A stretch of DNA of 64,000 nucleotides from an uncultured Candidatus Saccharibacteria bacterium (GCA_964607415.1 CAZSKK010000003.1:3693-67692); one strand, 5' to 3'; positions 30,015 to 41,192 are shown, counted from the stretch's first letter. Program-made: numbers and translations. The notes: generated by a model from the letters alone, not told the origin.

Positions 30015-30767
30015 ATGGTTGAAAAAGCTGATAATAAAATCAAATTCTCTGTTGTCGTCCCTGTCTTAAACGAAGAAAAATTCATTGCAAAATTTCTTCA
30101 ATCAATGAATAACCAAACTCAAAAAAACTTTGAAGTAATTATTGTTGATAATGGTAGTACAGATAAAACTCTGGAAATACTTGAAGCAGAAGAAAATAAC
30201 ATAAATTATGACTTACGAATTGAGCATTGCACAGAAAGAGGGATAAGTTACGCAAGAAACTTTGGCGCCAAAAAAGCAAAGTACGATTATGTAGTTTTTT
30301 TTGACGCAGACAGTAAACCCAAGTCTGACTGGATTGAATTAGCAACTAAACTTTTTGAAAAAGATAAAAGAACTAAAGTTCTTGGTGGAGTAGTAGCCTA
30401 TAGTTATAAAACACCTTGGCAGATGATTTATTACAATGGTTATACAGTAGTTGTGTTTGGATATTTATATCTTTCCAAATTAATTTACGGCAAATGTACA
30501 ATTCCTGGAAACTGCATGGCAATAAAGAAAGATTTCTTTTTTAAAGTAGGTGCTTTTCCTCATTTGATTGCCGAAGACTTAGCATTTTCTGCAAATGCAT
30601 ATAAATATATGAAAGATAGAATTGAATATGTATTTAGTTTAAATCTAATTGTACAGGCTTCATCCAGAAGATTTGAAAAGCGTGGAATGTTCAGAACAAT
30701 CTTTTTGGAACAACTTGCAGGCTACAAACTTCGAAAAAATTCTAGAGAGTACAAGATTTATAGATAG
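30015..30767 (+). CDS. family 2 glycosyltransferase
   Basis: SVVVPVLNEE, IIVDNGSTD, ARNFG, FFDAD, AEDL, SSRRF. Confidence 0.92.
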   Translation: MVEKADNKIKFSVVVPVLNEEKFIAKFLQSMNNQTQKNFEVIIVDNGSTDKTLEILEAEENNINYDLRIEHCTERGISYARNFGAKKAKYDYVVFFDADSKPKSDWIELATKLFEKDKRTKVLGGVVAYSYKTPWQMIYYNGYTVVVFGYLYLSKLIYGKCTIPGNCMAIKKDFFFKVGAFPHLIAEDLAFSANAYKYMKDRIEYVFSLNLIVQASSRRFEKRGMFRTIFLEQLAGYKLRKNSREYKIYR

Positions 30768-30790
30768 AATCACTAATGACCCCAAAATAT

Positions 30791-30885
30791 CTTTGCGAGC
30801 AAAACGAAGCAAACTCTTTAAAGTAAAGTATTAATTAATGAGATTGCTTATTGCTTTGCCCTGATAAATCGTAACTCGCAGTGAC
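30791..30885. repeat. RPE-like palindromic repeat (TTGCGAGC..GAAGCAA..GAGATTGC..CTCGCA.TGAC type)
   Basis: ctttgcgagcaaaacgaagcaaactc...gagattgctt...ctcgcagtgac. Confidence 0.55.
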
Positions 30886-30991
30886 TCAAGCTCATAAACA
30901 CGTGAACACTAAAACTCGCAAACCCATTAACTCCCCCCAACACGAAAACCCTTAAATGATGTATAATTTCAGTCAGCAGATAGCAAATAGA

Positions 30992-31066
30992 CCTCACCCG
31001 ATTCGCTACGCTCATCACCCTCTCCTTAAGGAGAGGGAAATCCGAGCTTGCAAGGATGGGGTGAGG
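30992..31066. repeat. palindromic CCTCACCC..CCCTCTCC-GGAGAGGG..GGGTGAGG repeat
   Basis: Multi-stem palindrome; a related copy lies inside lepA. Confidence 0.75.
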
Positions 31067-31085
31067 TATTACTAAATCTTAAATC

Positions 31086-31118
31086 CCTGCCTGCGTGCCG
31101 AGCACTGCGACAGGCAGG
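31086..31118. repeat. CCTGCCTG...CAGGCAGG hairpin repeat
   Basis: cctgcctgcgtgccgagcactgcgacaggcagg. Confidence 0.55.
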
Positions 31119-31164
31119 TTGAATCATCAATCTTAATTCTGAACGATCAACAATTGTCTAACTT

Positions 31165-33126
31165 ATGAACCAAACAAGAATCCGCAACTTTTGCATAATC
31201 GCCCATATCGACCATGGTAAATCAACCTTGGCCGATAGACTTATTGAATATACCGGTGCATTATCAACCAGAGAAATGAAAGATAGAGTTTTGGATACAT
31301 TAGAACTTGAACAAGAAAGAGGCATTACAATTAAACTACAAACCGCAAGGTTGGAATACAAGTATAGCCCTACTCATAAAGGAGGCCCTCTCCTTGCAGG
31401 AGAGGGTGGCTCCGAGCTTGTCGAGGAGCCGGGTGAGGCTACTTACCACCTAAACCTTATCGATACCCCTGGCCATGTAGACTTTAGCTACGAAGTTTCA
31501 AGATCAGTTGCAGCTTCTGAGGGAGCATTAATACTTATTGATGCATCGCAAGGAATTCAAGCACAAACTTTGACTACTGTTTACAAAGCAATGGAGTATG
31601 ACTTAAAACTTATTCCAGTTTTAAATAAAGTTGATCTTCCCAATGCAGAAGTTGATAGAGTACGCCAGGAAGTTATGGAAACATTTGGTTTTAAAGAAGA
31701 AGAAATCATTTTAGCTTCAGGGAAATCTGGAATTGGTGTCAAAGATATTTTGGACGCAATCGTAGAAAGAGTTCCAGCGCCAAATAAACATAATTCCTTG
31801 ATATACACTTACGATCAGGATGAAACCATTACAAAAGGCTTAATTTTTGATGCTTTTTATCACGAGTATAAAGGCGTTGTAGCTTTAACAAAAATTGTTT
31901 CAGGAAATATTAAAAAAGGCCAAAAGCTTTATTTAACTGGAACCAACAAGCTTGTTGATCCTATTGAAATTGGTTATCTTTCACCAAAAATGAAAGAAAC
32001 AAACGCAATCTTTGAAGGAGAAGTAGGCTATATTGCAACAGGGCTAAAAAGCATTGGTGATGTGCATACTGGAGATACAATCACTCTTGCTAAGCCAGAC
32101 GGTAGTCATAAAAAAATTAAGCCTTTAGAAGGCTATCAACCACCCAAGCCTATGGTTTACGCAAGTCTTTATCCTGTTGAAGCTAACGATTATCCCCAAT
32201 TTAAAGAAGCTTTGGAAAAATTGTCTTTAAACGATGCGGCGCTCACTTATCAAAAAGAATATTCTGCAGCTTTGGGAACTGGATATGTTTGCGGTTTTTT
32301 GGGCTTACTTCATTTGGAGATAACACAAGATAGATTAGAGCGAGAATTTGGAATAAATTTAATTAGCACAACGCCAACAGTTGAGTTTCAAATAAAGCTT
32401 ACAACCAAAGATTATTCAAAAGTGCCAAACATAAACGTTGCAAATATCGATGAACAAACTAATATTGCAACAATAAGAACTGCAGCAGAATTTCCAGATG
32501 GAAGTCTTTTTTCTGAAGTTTATGAACCTTGGGTGAAAATTGAAATTGTAACACCAGAAGAATACATAGGAGGAATTATGGAGCTTGCACAAAAAAATCG
32601 AGGAATTTATAGAACTATGAGCTTTTTATCTAAAAACTCTACTGGTCAAAAACATGCAATAATCACTTATGAAATTCCTACAGTTGAAATGATTGTGAAT
32701 TTTTTTGATAAATTAAAATCAATTAGTCACGGTTACGCATCAATGGACTATTCATTTTTAGAATATAGAAAAGGTGACATTGCCAAAGTTTCAATAATGG
32801 TAAATTCTGAACCTGTAGAGGCGCTATCTTTTATTTGCCACAAGGAAAGTGCAGTTAGAAGAGGAAAACTTATGGTAGAAAAACTACAGGAAATCATTCC
32901 AAGACAACAATTTAAGATTCCAATTCAAGCTGCAATTGGAGGACAAATTATTGCCCGTAAAGACATAAACGCATTTAAAAAAGATGTTACATCCAAGCTT
33001 TACGGTGGTGATGTAACAAGAAAAATGAAACTTTTAGAAAAGCAAAAGAAAGGTAAGAAAAAATTAAAGATGATTGGAAACGTTGAAATTCCAAAGGAGG
33101 CGTTCTTAGCCGCACTTAAAGACTAA
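31165..33126 (+). CDS. lepA: elongation factor 4
   Basis: IRNFCIIAHIDHGKSTLADR, DTPGHVDF, GFLGLLH, YGGDVTRKMKLLEKQKKGK. Confidence 0.97.
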   Translation: MNQTRIRNFCIIAHIDHGKSTLADRLIEYTGALSTREMKDRVLDTLELEQERGITIKLQTARLEYKYSPTHKGGPLLAGEGGSELVEEPGEATYHLNLIDTPGHVDFSYEVSRSVAASEGALILIDASQGIQAQTLTTVYKAMEYDLKLIPVLNKVDLPNAEVDRVRQEVMETFGFKEEEIILASGKSGIGVKDILDAIVERVPAPNKHNSLIYTYDQDETITKGLIFDAFYHEYKGVVALTKIVSGNIKKGQKLYLTGTNKLVDPIEIGYLSPKMKETNAIFEGEVGYIATGLKSIGDVHTGDTITLAKPDGSHKKIKPLEGYQPPKPMVYASLYPVEANDYPQFKEALEKLSLNDAALTYQKEYSAALGTGYVCGFLGLLHLEITQDRLEREFGINLISTTPTVEFQIKLTTKDYSKVPNINVANIDEQTNIATIRTAAEFPDGSLFSEVYEPWVKIEIVTPEEYIGGIMELAQKNRGIYRTMSFLSKNSTGQKHAIITYEIPTVEMIVNFFDKLKSISHGYASMDYSFLEYRKGDIAKVSIMVNSEPVEALSFICHKESAVRRGKLMVEKLQEIIPRQQFKIPIQAAIGGQIIARKDINAFKKDVTSKLYGGDVTRKMKLLEKQKKGKKKLKMIGNVEIPKEAFLAALKD

Positions 33127-33273
33127 CACGTAAGACGTTAGATGTATGACGTTTGACGAATCAAATTAATTATTTCCCCTCTTGAGAGGGGAAGAAAAAG
33201 CATACCATGCTTTTTAAGGGGAGTGACATAAGAATAGGAAATTCGATTACACAAAACTCATTACTCACAACTC

Positions 33274-34365
33274 ATGACCTTTTTCGAACTTAAAAACAAA
33301 ATTGAAGAAATCTCCAAAAGATTTGAACAAATCAAATCTAAAAAAGATCTTGCTAAACTTGAAAACCAAATAATTGATTTGGAAAAAGAATCTCAAACTT
33401 CTGAATTTTGGTCCGATCAGCAAAAGGCACAAGGTGTTATGCAAAACCTTGGTGATTTAAAAAAGGAAGTTGAAGAAGTAAAATCATTAGAATTAAGAGT
33501 TAAAGATACAGTTTCATTGGCCAACGAAATTTCAGAAAGTGATACCGAAATGGTTGAGCTTTTGGCATCTGAAAGTGAAAAATTAGAAAAGGATTTGGAA
33601 AAAGTTGAACTTACAACATTTTTATCTGGGAAATTTGATCATTGTAATGCAATTTTAAGTATTCATGCAGGGCAGGGTGGAACTGAAGCAATGGATTGGA
33701 CTTCAATGCTCCTTAGAATGTATGTAAGATATTGTAATAGTATAGGCTGGAAAGTTGAAGTCTTAGATCAAGTAGCTGGTGCAGAAGCAGGTTTGCAAAG
33801 TGTTTCTTTAGAGATCAAAGGTCGTAATGCTTATGGATATTTAAAACACGAACATGGCACACATAGACTTGTTCGAATTTCTCCATTTAATGCACAAGGC
33901 TTGAGGCAAACTTCTTTTGCTGGTGTAGAAGTAACTCCAGTTGTAGAAGAAGACATTGATTTTGAAGTTAAAGAAGAAGAAATTGAATTTCACGCAGTGC
34001 GAAGTAGTGGCGCAGGTGGGCAAAACGTAAATAAAGTTTCTTCAAAAGTAAGGCTTGTACACAAGCCTACTGGAATTGCAGTGGAATCTTCAGCACAACG
34101 AACCCAACATCAAAACCGAGAAACTGCTTTAAGAATGCTAAAAGCAAAACTTTACGAAATTGAAGAAGCAAAAAAGAATGCTGAGCTTTCAAAAGAAAAA
34201 GGTGAATATAAAGTTGCAGGCTGGGGAAATCAAATTAGAAACTACGTTCTTCAACCATATAAACTTGTTAAAGATTTAAGAACTGATGTAGAAACTTCTC
34301 AAGCAGATAATGTTTTAGATGGAGATTTACAACAGTTCATTGATGCTGAAGTTCGGATGCTCTAA
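33274..34365 (+). CDS. prfB: peptide chain release factor 2 (single continuous frame)
   Basis: SPF and GGQ motifs, WGNQIRNYV. Confidence 0.96.
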   Translation: MTFFELKNKIEEISKRFEQIKSKKDLAKLENQIIDLEKESQTSEFWSDQQKAQGVMQNLGDLKKEVEEVKSLELRVKDTVSLANEISESDTEMVELLASESEKLEKDLEKVELTTFLSGKFDHCNAILSIHAGQGGTEAMDWTSMLLRMYVRYCNSIGWKVEVLDQVAGAEAGLQSVSLEIKGRNAYGYLKHEHGTHRLVRISPFNAQGLRQTSFAGVEVTPVVEEDIDFEVKEEEIEFHAVRSSGAGGQNVNKVSSKVRLVHKPTGIAVESSAQRTQHQNRETALRMLKAKLYEIEEAKKNAELSKEKGEYKVAGWGNQIRNYVLQPYKLVKDLRTDVETSQADNVLDGDLQQFIDAEVRML

Positions 34366-34702
34366 AGGTATATTTTTTTATGAAAAAGCCAGTATCCCGT
34401 TTATCTTCATAACCTAAATACTTAAGAATTTCACAAACACTTTTTTTCTCACTCTCACCTAAATTATATCCACAACTAATTGTGTGGTTAAATTCTATTT
34501 CTGGCCACGATTTTAACAAAGGAGCAATACTAATTCCTATCTGTTCTGGTATTCTTTTTATTTTATCCTCATTGATTTCTATCACAACCGTATTAGCTTC
34601 GTAAACAGCTTTATCTTTATCTCTAACTGTATGGTCTCTTTCTACTTGAGTTTCAAAAATTTTGCTAGATGAATCCTCTGGTTTTAATATGTCGCTAAAC
34701 AT
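34337..34702 (-). CDS. hypothetical protein
   Basis: 121-aa ORF overlapping the prfB 3' end; start uncertain. Confidence 0.5.
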   Translation of the reverse strand: MFSDILKPEDSSSKIFETQVERDHTVRDKDKAVYEANTVVIEINEDKIKRIPEQIGISIAPLLKSWPEIEFNHTISCGYNLGESEKKSVCEILKYLGYEDKRDTGFFIKKYTFRASELQHQ

Positions 34703-34829
34703 GGAATGACGATTCCAGTACTCGGAATCATTAACAAATTATGCAGGTATTATAAAATAAACTAACACCTAACACCAGTAGTTTTTATGAAATTGTAATT
34801 AAAGAGGATTTGTTGACTTGGAAAAGAAT

Positions 34830-35507
34830 TTAAACAGTTCCCAACTTTACAGGATCGAAGATGAATCCTGGTATTATTTCTTCTTCAAATTCATCCATTC
34901 CTTTTCTTTCAACAACTCTCAAATTCATATCTGTTGTAGGGCAAACAAGCCTGCCGCCATCGATCTTTAGTTGTTTTTTTAATTCTTCTGGAACAGTTTC
35001 TAATGCAAAGCTAACATGAATTCCGTCAAAAGGTGCCTTGGAAACTAGCCCTTGCGATCCATCTCTATATAAGAAACTAACATTTCTTACTTCTGGATAT
35101 TTATTCGCATTTTGCCTTGCCTGTTCCCAAAGCCACTGAATCCTTTCCATTGTAAAAACAGATCCTGTACTACCTGCAATAAAACCTAGAGTTAATGCAA
35201 CATAACCAGCACCTGTTCCTAAATCCAAATATTTTCCACCAACTCTTGGCTTTAATAATGAAATCATTTGAGCAATAATTGTTGGTTTATTGATTTTTTC
35301 CCCATATCCAATATCCAATTCAATATCCATGTAAGATTTAGGCTGTAAAGTTTCAGGAACAAAATCTTTTCTATCAATTTTAAGAAGAGCATTGATTATT
35401 ATTGGGTCTGTAACAATTGGATTAACACCTGTGCTCACAACTTTTACAAGGTATTCTTTACTCCAGGCAAACATTTTTCCAGAACCAAGTGAGTTTATGT
35501 CAATCAT
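34830..35507 (-). CDS. pcm: protein-L-isoaspartate O-methyltransferase
   Basis: IDRKDFVP, IGYGEKINKP, LDLGTGAGY, DGSQG..APFDGI, QLKIDGGRLVCP. Confidence 0.88.
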   Translation of the reverse strand: MIDINSLGSGKMFAWSKEYLVKVVSTGVNPIVTDPIIINALLKIDRKDFVPETLQPKSYMDIELDIGYGEKINKPTIIAQMISLLKPRVGGKYLDLGTGAGYVALTLGFIAGSTGSVFTMERIQWLWEQARQNANKYPEVRNVSFLYRDGSQGLVSKAPFDGIHVSFALETVPEELKKQLKIDGGRLVCPTTDMNLRVVERKGMDEFEEEIIPGFIFDPVKLGTV

Positions 35508-35532
35508 ACAATTAGTTATAAGTATAATGAGT

Positions 35533-35582
35533 ACTATCAGCTATCAGCTATCACAGCTATCAGCTATCACAGCTATCAGCTA
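35533..35582. repeat. heptamer tandem array (GCTATCA)n
   Basis: ctatcagctatcagctatcacagctatcagctatcacagctatcagcta. Confidence 0.8.
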
Positions 35583-35617
35583 AAATCATTCTAAAGCTAA
35601 TCGCAGCACTCAGCAAC

Positions 35618-35697
35618 CCCGAGACAGCATATTATGCTGTCGAGTGAAGCTACATATATTTTGACGCTACACTCAAATGCACAATGTGCGTTTTAGG
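35618..35697. mobile_element. ~80-bp MITE-like double-hairpin element, copy A
   Basis: CCCGAGA-cagcatattatgctg-TCGAGTGAAGCTA...GCTACACTCAA-atgcacaatgtgcgt-TTTAGG. Confidence 0.6.
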
Positions 35698-35747
35698 AGA
35701 AGGCGCGTAGCACCTAGGTGGGTTATTCGTGCTAAAATTACTTTTGT

Positions 35748-36647
35748 ATGTCAAAGATTTCACTTCCCAAAAACTATATGGGCTTCGTTTACCAAATAAT
35801 ACGCCCTACAGGCCTTTTAGATCCTATTGTGGAGATTAGGCCAACAATGCCAGAAAACCTAGATAAATTACAGGCTGAACTTAGAAAAAACGGCTACGAA
35901 GACATGCCAGCATATAAGGCAACAAGTTGGATAAATCCTCAAATTCCCAATCTTATAATTGAAATCGAAGCAAATATCAAAAAAGGCGAAAGAGTTTTGG
36001 TTACTACCCTAACTAAAAGAATGGCGGAAGAACTTTCGGATTATCTTTCAGAACGGCATATTTCTAGTAAATACATCCATTCGGACATAGATACAATTGA
36101 ACGTGTTGAAATCTTAAGAGATTTAAGAAAAGGTCTTTATGATGTTGTAGTAGGAATTAATCTTTTAAGAGAAGGATTAGATTTGCCCGAAGTGTCCTTA
36201 ATTGCAATTTTGGATGCAGACAAAGAAGGTTTTTTAAGATCCAGTACTAGTTTAATTCAAACTATCGGAAGAGCAGCAAGGCACGTAAACGGAAGAGTTA
36301 TTATGTATGCTGATAAAGTGACAGATTCAATGAAATTTGCAATTGATGAAACCAGAAGAAGAAGAGCGGTTCAGGAGAAATACAATACCGATCATGGTAT
36401 TAATCCTAAATCTATTATCAAAGAAATTAAAGATCAGCTTGAAAGGACTAAGAAAGAAGAGCACGAAGAAGAAGAGGTTAAAAACTGGCACAAAAAAGCA
36501 GAAAGTTTTAAGGCTATGACTAAAAAAGATCAGAAAAAATTTATTAAAGAATTAAAATTTGAAATGCAGATTTTGGCGGATTTGATGGAATTTGAAAAAG
36601 CTGCTGAAATTAGAGATATTATTGTGGAGCTGGAAGGGAAGGGTTAG
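35748..36647 (+). CDS. uvrB: UvrB C-terminal half only (helicase C domain plus UVR coil)
   Basis: [55 protein letters not shown]; no Walker A or N-terminal domains. Confidence 0.85.
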   Translation: MSKISLPKNYMGFVYQIIRPTGLLDPIVEIRPTMPENLDKLQAELRKNGYEDMPAYKATSWINPQIPNLIIEIEANIKKGERVLVTTLTKRMAEELSDYLSERHISSKYIHSDIDTIERVEILRDLRKGLYDVVVGINLLREGLDLPEVSLIAILDADKEGFLRSSTSLIQTIGRAARHVNGRVIMYADKVTDSMKFAIDETRRRRAVQEKYNTDHGINPKSIIKEIKDQLERTKKEEHEEEEVKNWHKKAESFKAMTKKDQKKFIKELKFEMQILADLMEFEKAAEIRDIIVELEGKG

Positions 36648-38566
36648 GATTCTTCCAGATAATCATCTGGGCTCAATACAAATCCATCCCTAATCAATGA
36701 TTCAACTAATTGATCGAGTCGTCCTAGCTGGCTTGGTTCTCGATAAGTAGCCACTTGCTCTTTTTCTATATTGCCTTTTCTTTTATTAACCTTCAGTTTT
36801 ATTGAATTCAAAGTTTTTTCAAGTAATTGGGCAGCCTCAATCACAACTTGTATCTCTTTTGATTTGTTCTGATACAAACTAGGATCTAATTCCTGTAAAA
36901 GAGTTACTAGCTCTTGAAGAGTAGTAAATTCTTTAGCTCTTTCATCACTGACTTCTTCATATGCCTGACGACTCTTAACTATATTTTCAATATCTCTTAC
37001 AAGAAGGGTAACTACAAAAGTTCTAATATTATTATAATCTTCGTTAATTTTATTGTAATCAAAGAAAATTGTCGACCAATTAGGCTTAACATTATTAGCT
37101 TTTGCTTTTTCTAACATCCGTTGCTCAGCAAAGTCAATTAATGCTGGATAAGCTTGATAAGTAGCTATAAAAGATTGCATAATTGTTGGAAGAAATTTAA
37201 CGCTTGGCAAAGCTCCAAATTTAGATTCAAGGCTAATAGTAGAAAGTGGAAATGGCTGAAACTGTTTTTGTCCTACTTGCTTTGGGTTTCTTCTACCTTT
37301 ATCTATAGCTTCTGCTGAAAGTATAATCGAGCAAAAAGACATAAGTTCACCTGCTTTAGCACTAATTAAGTTAAATCCATGTTCTGTCATTACCTCCATG
37401 ATTAAAGGGTTTTCAACAGCCATACATAATAGATTCTGTATCCCTTCTTGCAAATCTGCATAACTTATTGTTAAATTTGAATCAGTTAATAAATTATTGA
37501 TCACTTCCTCAGGTCTCAAGGATAAATTTGCTGATTCAATACAGATTTTTAATGCAAGCGCCATGTTAACAGCTGGGTCAGGTTTTGAACTTTCAATAGA
37601 TGTACCTAATGTAAAGTTCTCAGCACCAAAAATTCCCCTTACTTGATATATTTTAAGATCAGGAAAAGATGCTATATTTTCCTTATTTAGATTATATATA
37701 GGCAAAAAACTCTTACCTACAAAGTATTGTGTATGAAAGTATAGACGAGTCTTTTGATTGACCAGCAAATCCGCAGTACTTACCTGATCAATATTTTCTA
37801 ATAAACTATTTAAGCTAAATACTCTAGAAGGTAAGTAAGCTAAGTGGAGAGCTTTATTTTCGCTTTCTGATAGAAGTTCAGGGGGGAGACCTAACCTTTC
37901 TAAAAGTCTAATATTGTGGCTTGTTGGATTTTCAAGATTAACTCTTCTAATTATAGGATCTAAGTCCGTATTTACCCTAACTGGATAGCTAATGCTTCTA
38001 AGAACGTCGTATGGTAAGTGCTTTCTACTATATAATGAATCTGCTAAATCACTTGGTTTCACTACCTGTCTTAAAATATATTTTTGTGATCGTTCATCAA
38101 TATAAGGTAAATTTTTTAATATTTGTACTCCTATTAAATCTTCATGATACGGATAATCTACATCACCTTCAACAATGAGTGTAAGTGCATTCATAATTGA
38201 TTTCATTTTTATACCTCTCGCAATGACCAAATTAGCTTTGTATCGAATAATGTCTTTCCCTTCTTTAAGGAGTCTCTCAGTTTCTCGATTAGAGTAATCT
38301 GGATCCAAAATAACTCTTGCTTCTTTTGTTACCTGAAAAGTACTTGTCAATTCTCTGAGATCTTCAAAATTTGCTGATGAATGAAACGCCTTAAGAACTT
38401 GGAAGTTAGAAAAATCATTTAGCTTAACCAGCAATTGCATAACTAGCTCATAGTCGTACATTAATCGCTCTGTATTTACAAAAATTTTAATTAAATCTTC
38501 TGCAGTCTGCTGCAATTCTTCAGGAATTTCAAATTGTGGTTCTTCTTGCGGTGATTGATTCGCCAT
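36644..38566 (-). CDS. hypothetical protein
   Basis: ~640-aa ORF with no recognised motif. Confidence 0.7.
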   Translation of the reverse strand: MANQSPQEEPQFEIPEELQQTAEDLIKIFVNTERLMYDYELVMQLLVKLNDFSNFQVLKAFHSSANFEDLRELTSTFQVTKEARVILDPDYSNRETERLLKEGKDIIRYKANLVIARGIKMKSIMNALTLIVEGDVDYPYHEDLIGVQILKNLPYIDERSQKYILRQVVKPSDLADSLYSRKHLPYDVLRSISYPVRVNTDLDPIIRRVNLENPTSHNIRLLERLGLPPELLSESENKALHLAYLPSRVFSLNSLLENIDQVSTADLLVNQKTRLYFHTQYFVGKSFLPIYNLNKENIASFPDLKIYQVRGIFGAENFTLGTSIESSKPDPAVNMALALKICIESANLSLRPEEVINNLLTDSNLTISYADLQEGIQNLLCMAVENPLIMEVMTEHGFNLISAKAGELMSFCSIILSAEAIDKGRRNPKQVGQKQFQPFPLSTISLESKFGALPSVKFLPTIMQSFIATYQAYPALIDFAEQRMLEKAKANNVKPNWSTIFFDYNKINEDYNNIRTFVVTLLVRDIENIVKSRQAYEEVSDERAKEFTTLQELVTLLQELDPSLYQNKSKEIQVVIEAAQLLEKTLNSIKLKVNKRKGNIEKEQVATYREPSQLGRLDQLVESLIRDGFVLSPDDYLEES

Positions 38567-38762
38567 AGAAAACAATTCTAATATATATTCGCTATATTTG
38601 TCAACCTAGAAGCGTTATAGAGTTTACGAGTTTAAGAGTGGCGTGTTTAAGCATTTAGAAGTTTGAGTCGCGCCGTGAATAAACCTCCAACTTCTAATCT
38701 CTAGCATCTGATCTCTGGCTTCTAATTTCTGACTTCAGATCTCTAATGATATAATTCTCTTT

Positions 38763-39842
38763 GTGAAAAACGAAACAAAAAAACAAAAAGTATTTGTAGC
38801 GTTATCAGGCGGAGTAGATTCTGCTGTGTCTGCAGCGCTATTAGTAGAGCAGGGCTATGACGTAACAGGAGTTTATATGAAAAACTGGTCTGGCGATGAA
38901 TTTGGAATTCAAGCAGACTGTCCATGGGAAACTGATCAAGCCGATGCAGAGGCAGTTTGTAAACACCTAGGGATCCCATTTAGATCTTTTAATTTTGAAA
39001 AGCAATATAGGCAAAAAGTTGTAGAATACTTTTTTAGCGAATACGAAAAAGGCAGAACTCCAAATCCTGATGTAATGTGCAACAAAGAAATTAAATTCAA
39101 ATTATTTTTAGATAAAGCAATTATCGAGGGTGCAGATTTAATTGCAACTGGGCATTACGCAAGACACACCGGTGACGAACTACACATTGGCCTTGATCCA
39201 AACAAAAATCAAGTCTATTTTCTTTACAATATAACCCAAGAGCAATTGAGCAAAACCTTGTTTCCTATTGGACATTTAACTAAACCTGAAGTTAGAGAAC
39301 TTGCTAAAAAATATAATCTGCCCAATGCAAATAAACCTGATAGTCAAGGGATTTGCTTTATTGGAGAAATTAATGTTTTAAAATTCTTAATGTCTAGAAT
39401 TCCAGAAAAAAAAGGAGAAATACAAGATTTTGATACAAAAAAAGTTGTAGGTGAACATAAAGGTGTTTACTTTTACACAATTGGTCAACGTGAAGGAATT
39501 GGAGTTGGAGGTCAGAGTGAGCCTTATTATGTTGTGGATAAAGATTTCGAAAAAAACATTCTCTATGTGGGACATGGGCACAACCACCCGCAGATGTTCA
39601 AAAAAGAAGTTATACTTGAAACTATTCATTGGATAAACCAAGAACCTAAAGATTTTGATAACTTGCAGGCAGTTGTGAGGTATAGGCAGAAACCTTTAAA
39701 CGGTAAATTTGAATTACGAATTACTAATTACGAAAAAACACCTGTATTCATTTTTGATGAGCCGGTTAGAGCTGCAACAAGTGGACAGAGTTTAGTAATT
39801 TTTGATGGAGAGGTGGTGCTTGGAGGAGGAATTATCAAATAA
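38763..39842 (+). CDS. mnmA: tRNA 2-thiouridine(34) synthase
   Basis: ALSGGVDS, TPNPDVMCN, IATGHYA, DSQGICFIG, YTIGQR. Confidence 0.96.
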   Translation: MKNETKKQKVFVALSGGVDSAVSAALLVEQGYDVTGVYMKNWSGDEFGIQADCPWETDQADAEAVCKHLGIPFRSFNFEKQYRQKVVEYFFSEYEKGRTPNPDVMCNKEIKFKLFLDKAIIEGADLIATGHYARHTGDELHIGLDPNKNQVYFLYNITQEQLSKTLFPIGHLTKPEVRELAKKYNLPNANKPDSQGICFIGEINVLKFLMSRIPEKKGEIQDFDTKKVVGEHKGVYFYTIGQREGIGVGGQSEPYYVVDKDFEKNILYVGHGHNHPQMFKKEVILETIHWINQEPKDFDNLQAVVRYRQKPLNGKFELRITNYEKTPVFIFDEPVRAATSGQSLVIFDGEVVLGGGIIK

Positions 39843-39896
39843 CCACTCAGGCTAAAGCCACCTCCACTTTAATTAAAGTGGAGGAAGGGAGGGTTA
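39840..39896. repeat. palindromic TAACC..CCTCC-CTTTAATTAAAG-GGAGG..GGTTA repeat
   Basis: Related to copies at 54435, 58631 and 60317. Confidence 0.65.
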
Positions 39897-40029
39897 TTTC
39901 ATTCGTCATTTCTATAGGTCATTGCTTAAACAATTCATTCTTAATATAATTAAGTAATGAACTTGATTCTTGCTTCTTATTTTATTCCTGAATCTTGAAT
40001 CTAAAATCTTAATTCTTAAATCTTTTTAT

Positions 40030-40488
40030 ATGAGCATGTTTGGAGACGTAAACAAAGTAACATTAATGGGTAATATTACTAACGATCCCGAGCTGAGATA
40101 CACACCAGGAGGTGCTGGAGTATTAAATTTTGGGATGGCAACTAATAGAAGCTACCAAAAGGACAACCAATGGGTAGATGAACCAAGTTTTCACAATATT
40201 GTAGTTTGGAGAAGTGCAGAAACTTTGGCTCAAAGAGTTAAAAAAGGAACAAGGGTTTATGTTGAAGGAAGGCTTCAAACAAGAAGCTGGGAAAACGCAG
40301 AAGGTAAAAAACAATATAAAACTGAAGTTGTCGCAGAAGATGTAATTTTAGTTGCAAGATATGAAGGTGGAAAAGAAGATGGAGGAAGTAACGCAGCACC
40401 AGAAAGTGCTCCTAAAAAATCAGCTTCAAAATCTAAAAAAGAGGAGGCTAGTGACGATTCAATAAACCCGGACGATTTACCGTTTTAA
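40030..40488 (+). CDS. ssb: single-stranded DNA-binding protein
   Basis: VNKVTLMGN, DPELRYT, VEGRLQTRSW, DDLPF tail. Confidence 0.96.
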   Translation: MSMFGDVNKVTLMGNITNDPELRYTPGGAGVLNFGMATNRSYQKDNQWVDEPSFHNIVVWRSAETLAQRVKKGTRVYVEGRLQTRSWENAEGKKQYKTEVVAEDVILVARYEGGKEDGGSNAAPESAPKKSASKSKKEEASDDSINPDDLPF

Positions 40489-41192
40489 AGTTTCTTGCTT
40501 TTAGTAAGCTTACTGAATATCTCTTTTAAGGATTTCAGTAAGCTTTTTTTATTTACTTCAGAATACTTGTTATCGACACTCTCCATTTCATCCCTTTTGC
40601 GAAAAAGTTCATATTTTAGCAGATTGATCATTAATTTGTTTTCATTGTCTGTAAAGTAATGTAACAAAACTCTTTCAAATTCTTCTTTATCTTTTAAAAC
40701 AAGGCACAACGTAGAAATTAGTAGTGCATTAAAATTATATGGCTGATAGTTTGAAACCGGGTATCCTTCAATCCACTCTTTAATTATTAGATTACCAAAA
40801 TAGGATTTCCAGTATTCATAATCGTCTGGTACAACTAAAGAATTTATATCTAATGATTCAATAAATCTGGGTATGATAAAGCTTTTGCCAAGTTCCACAG
40901 AGTCTAAACTTACTAACACCTGATATAATTCTCTTAATTCGTTTTCCAATCTTTCAACAATTAATGCATACTCTTTATCCAAAGGATCTTCGCTAAAAAG
41001 CCTAATAACAAGCATTAATTTTGTTCTTATATAATCAAATTGCAGGTCTTCTGGTTTATAACCATACTCGGGAAAACCAATTCCATCTTCAGAAAAAAAT
41101 CCGCCGGATCTTAGATAAGTTAAAAACAAGCTGTAAGCAGCTGGTTCTGCTAAAGGAGAAGCTTCAATTATTTCTGCTGACGCGTCCATCAT
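40485..41192 (-). CDS. hypothetical protein
   Basis: 235-aa helical ORF. Confidence 0.65.
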   Translation of the reverse strand: MMDASAEIIEASPLAEPAAYSLFLTYLRSGGFFSEDGIGFPEYGYKPEDLQFDYIRTKLMLVIRLFSEDPLDKEYALIVERLENELRELYQVLVSLDSVELGKSFIIPRFIESLDINSLVVPDDYEYWKSYFGNLIIKEWIEGYPVSNYQPYNFNALLISTLCLVLKDKEEFERVLLHYFTDNENKLMINLLKYELFRKRDEMESVDNKYSEVNKKSLLKSLKEIFSKLTKSKKL

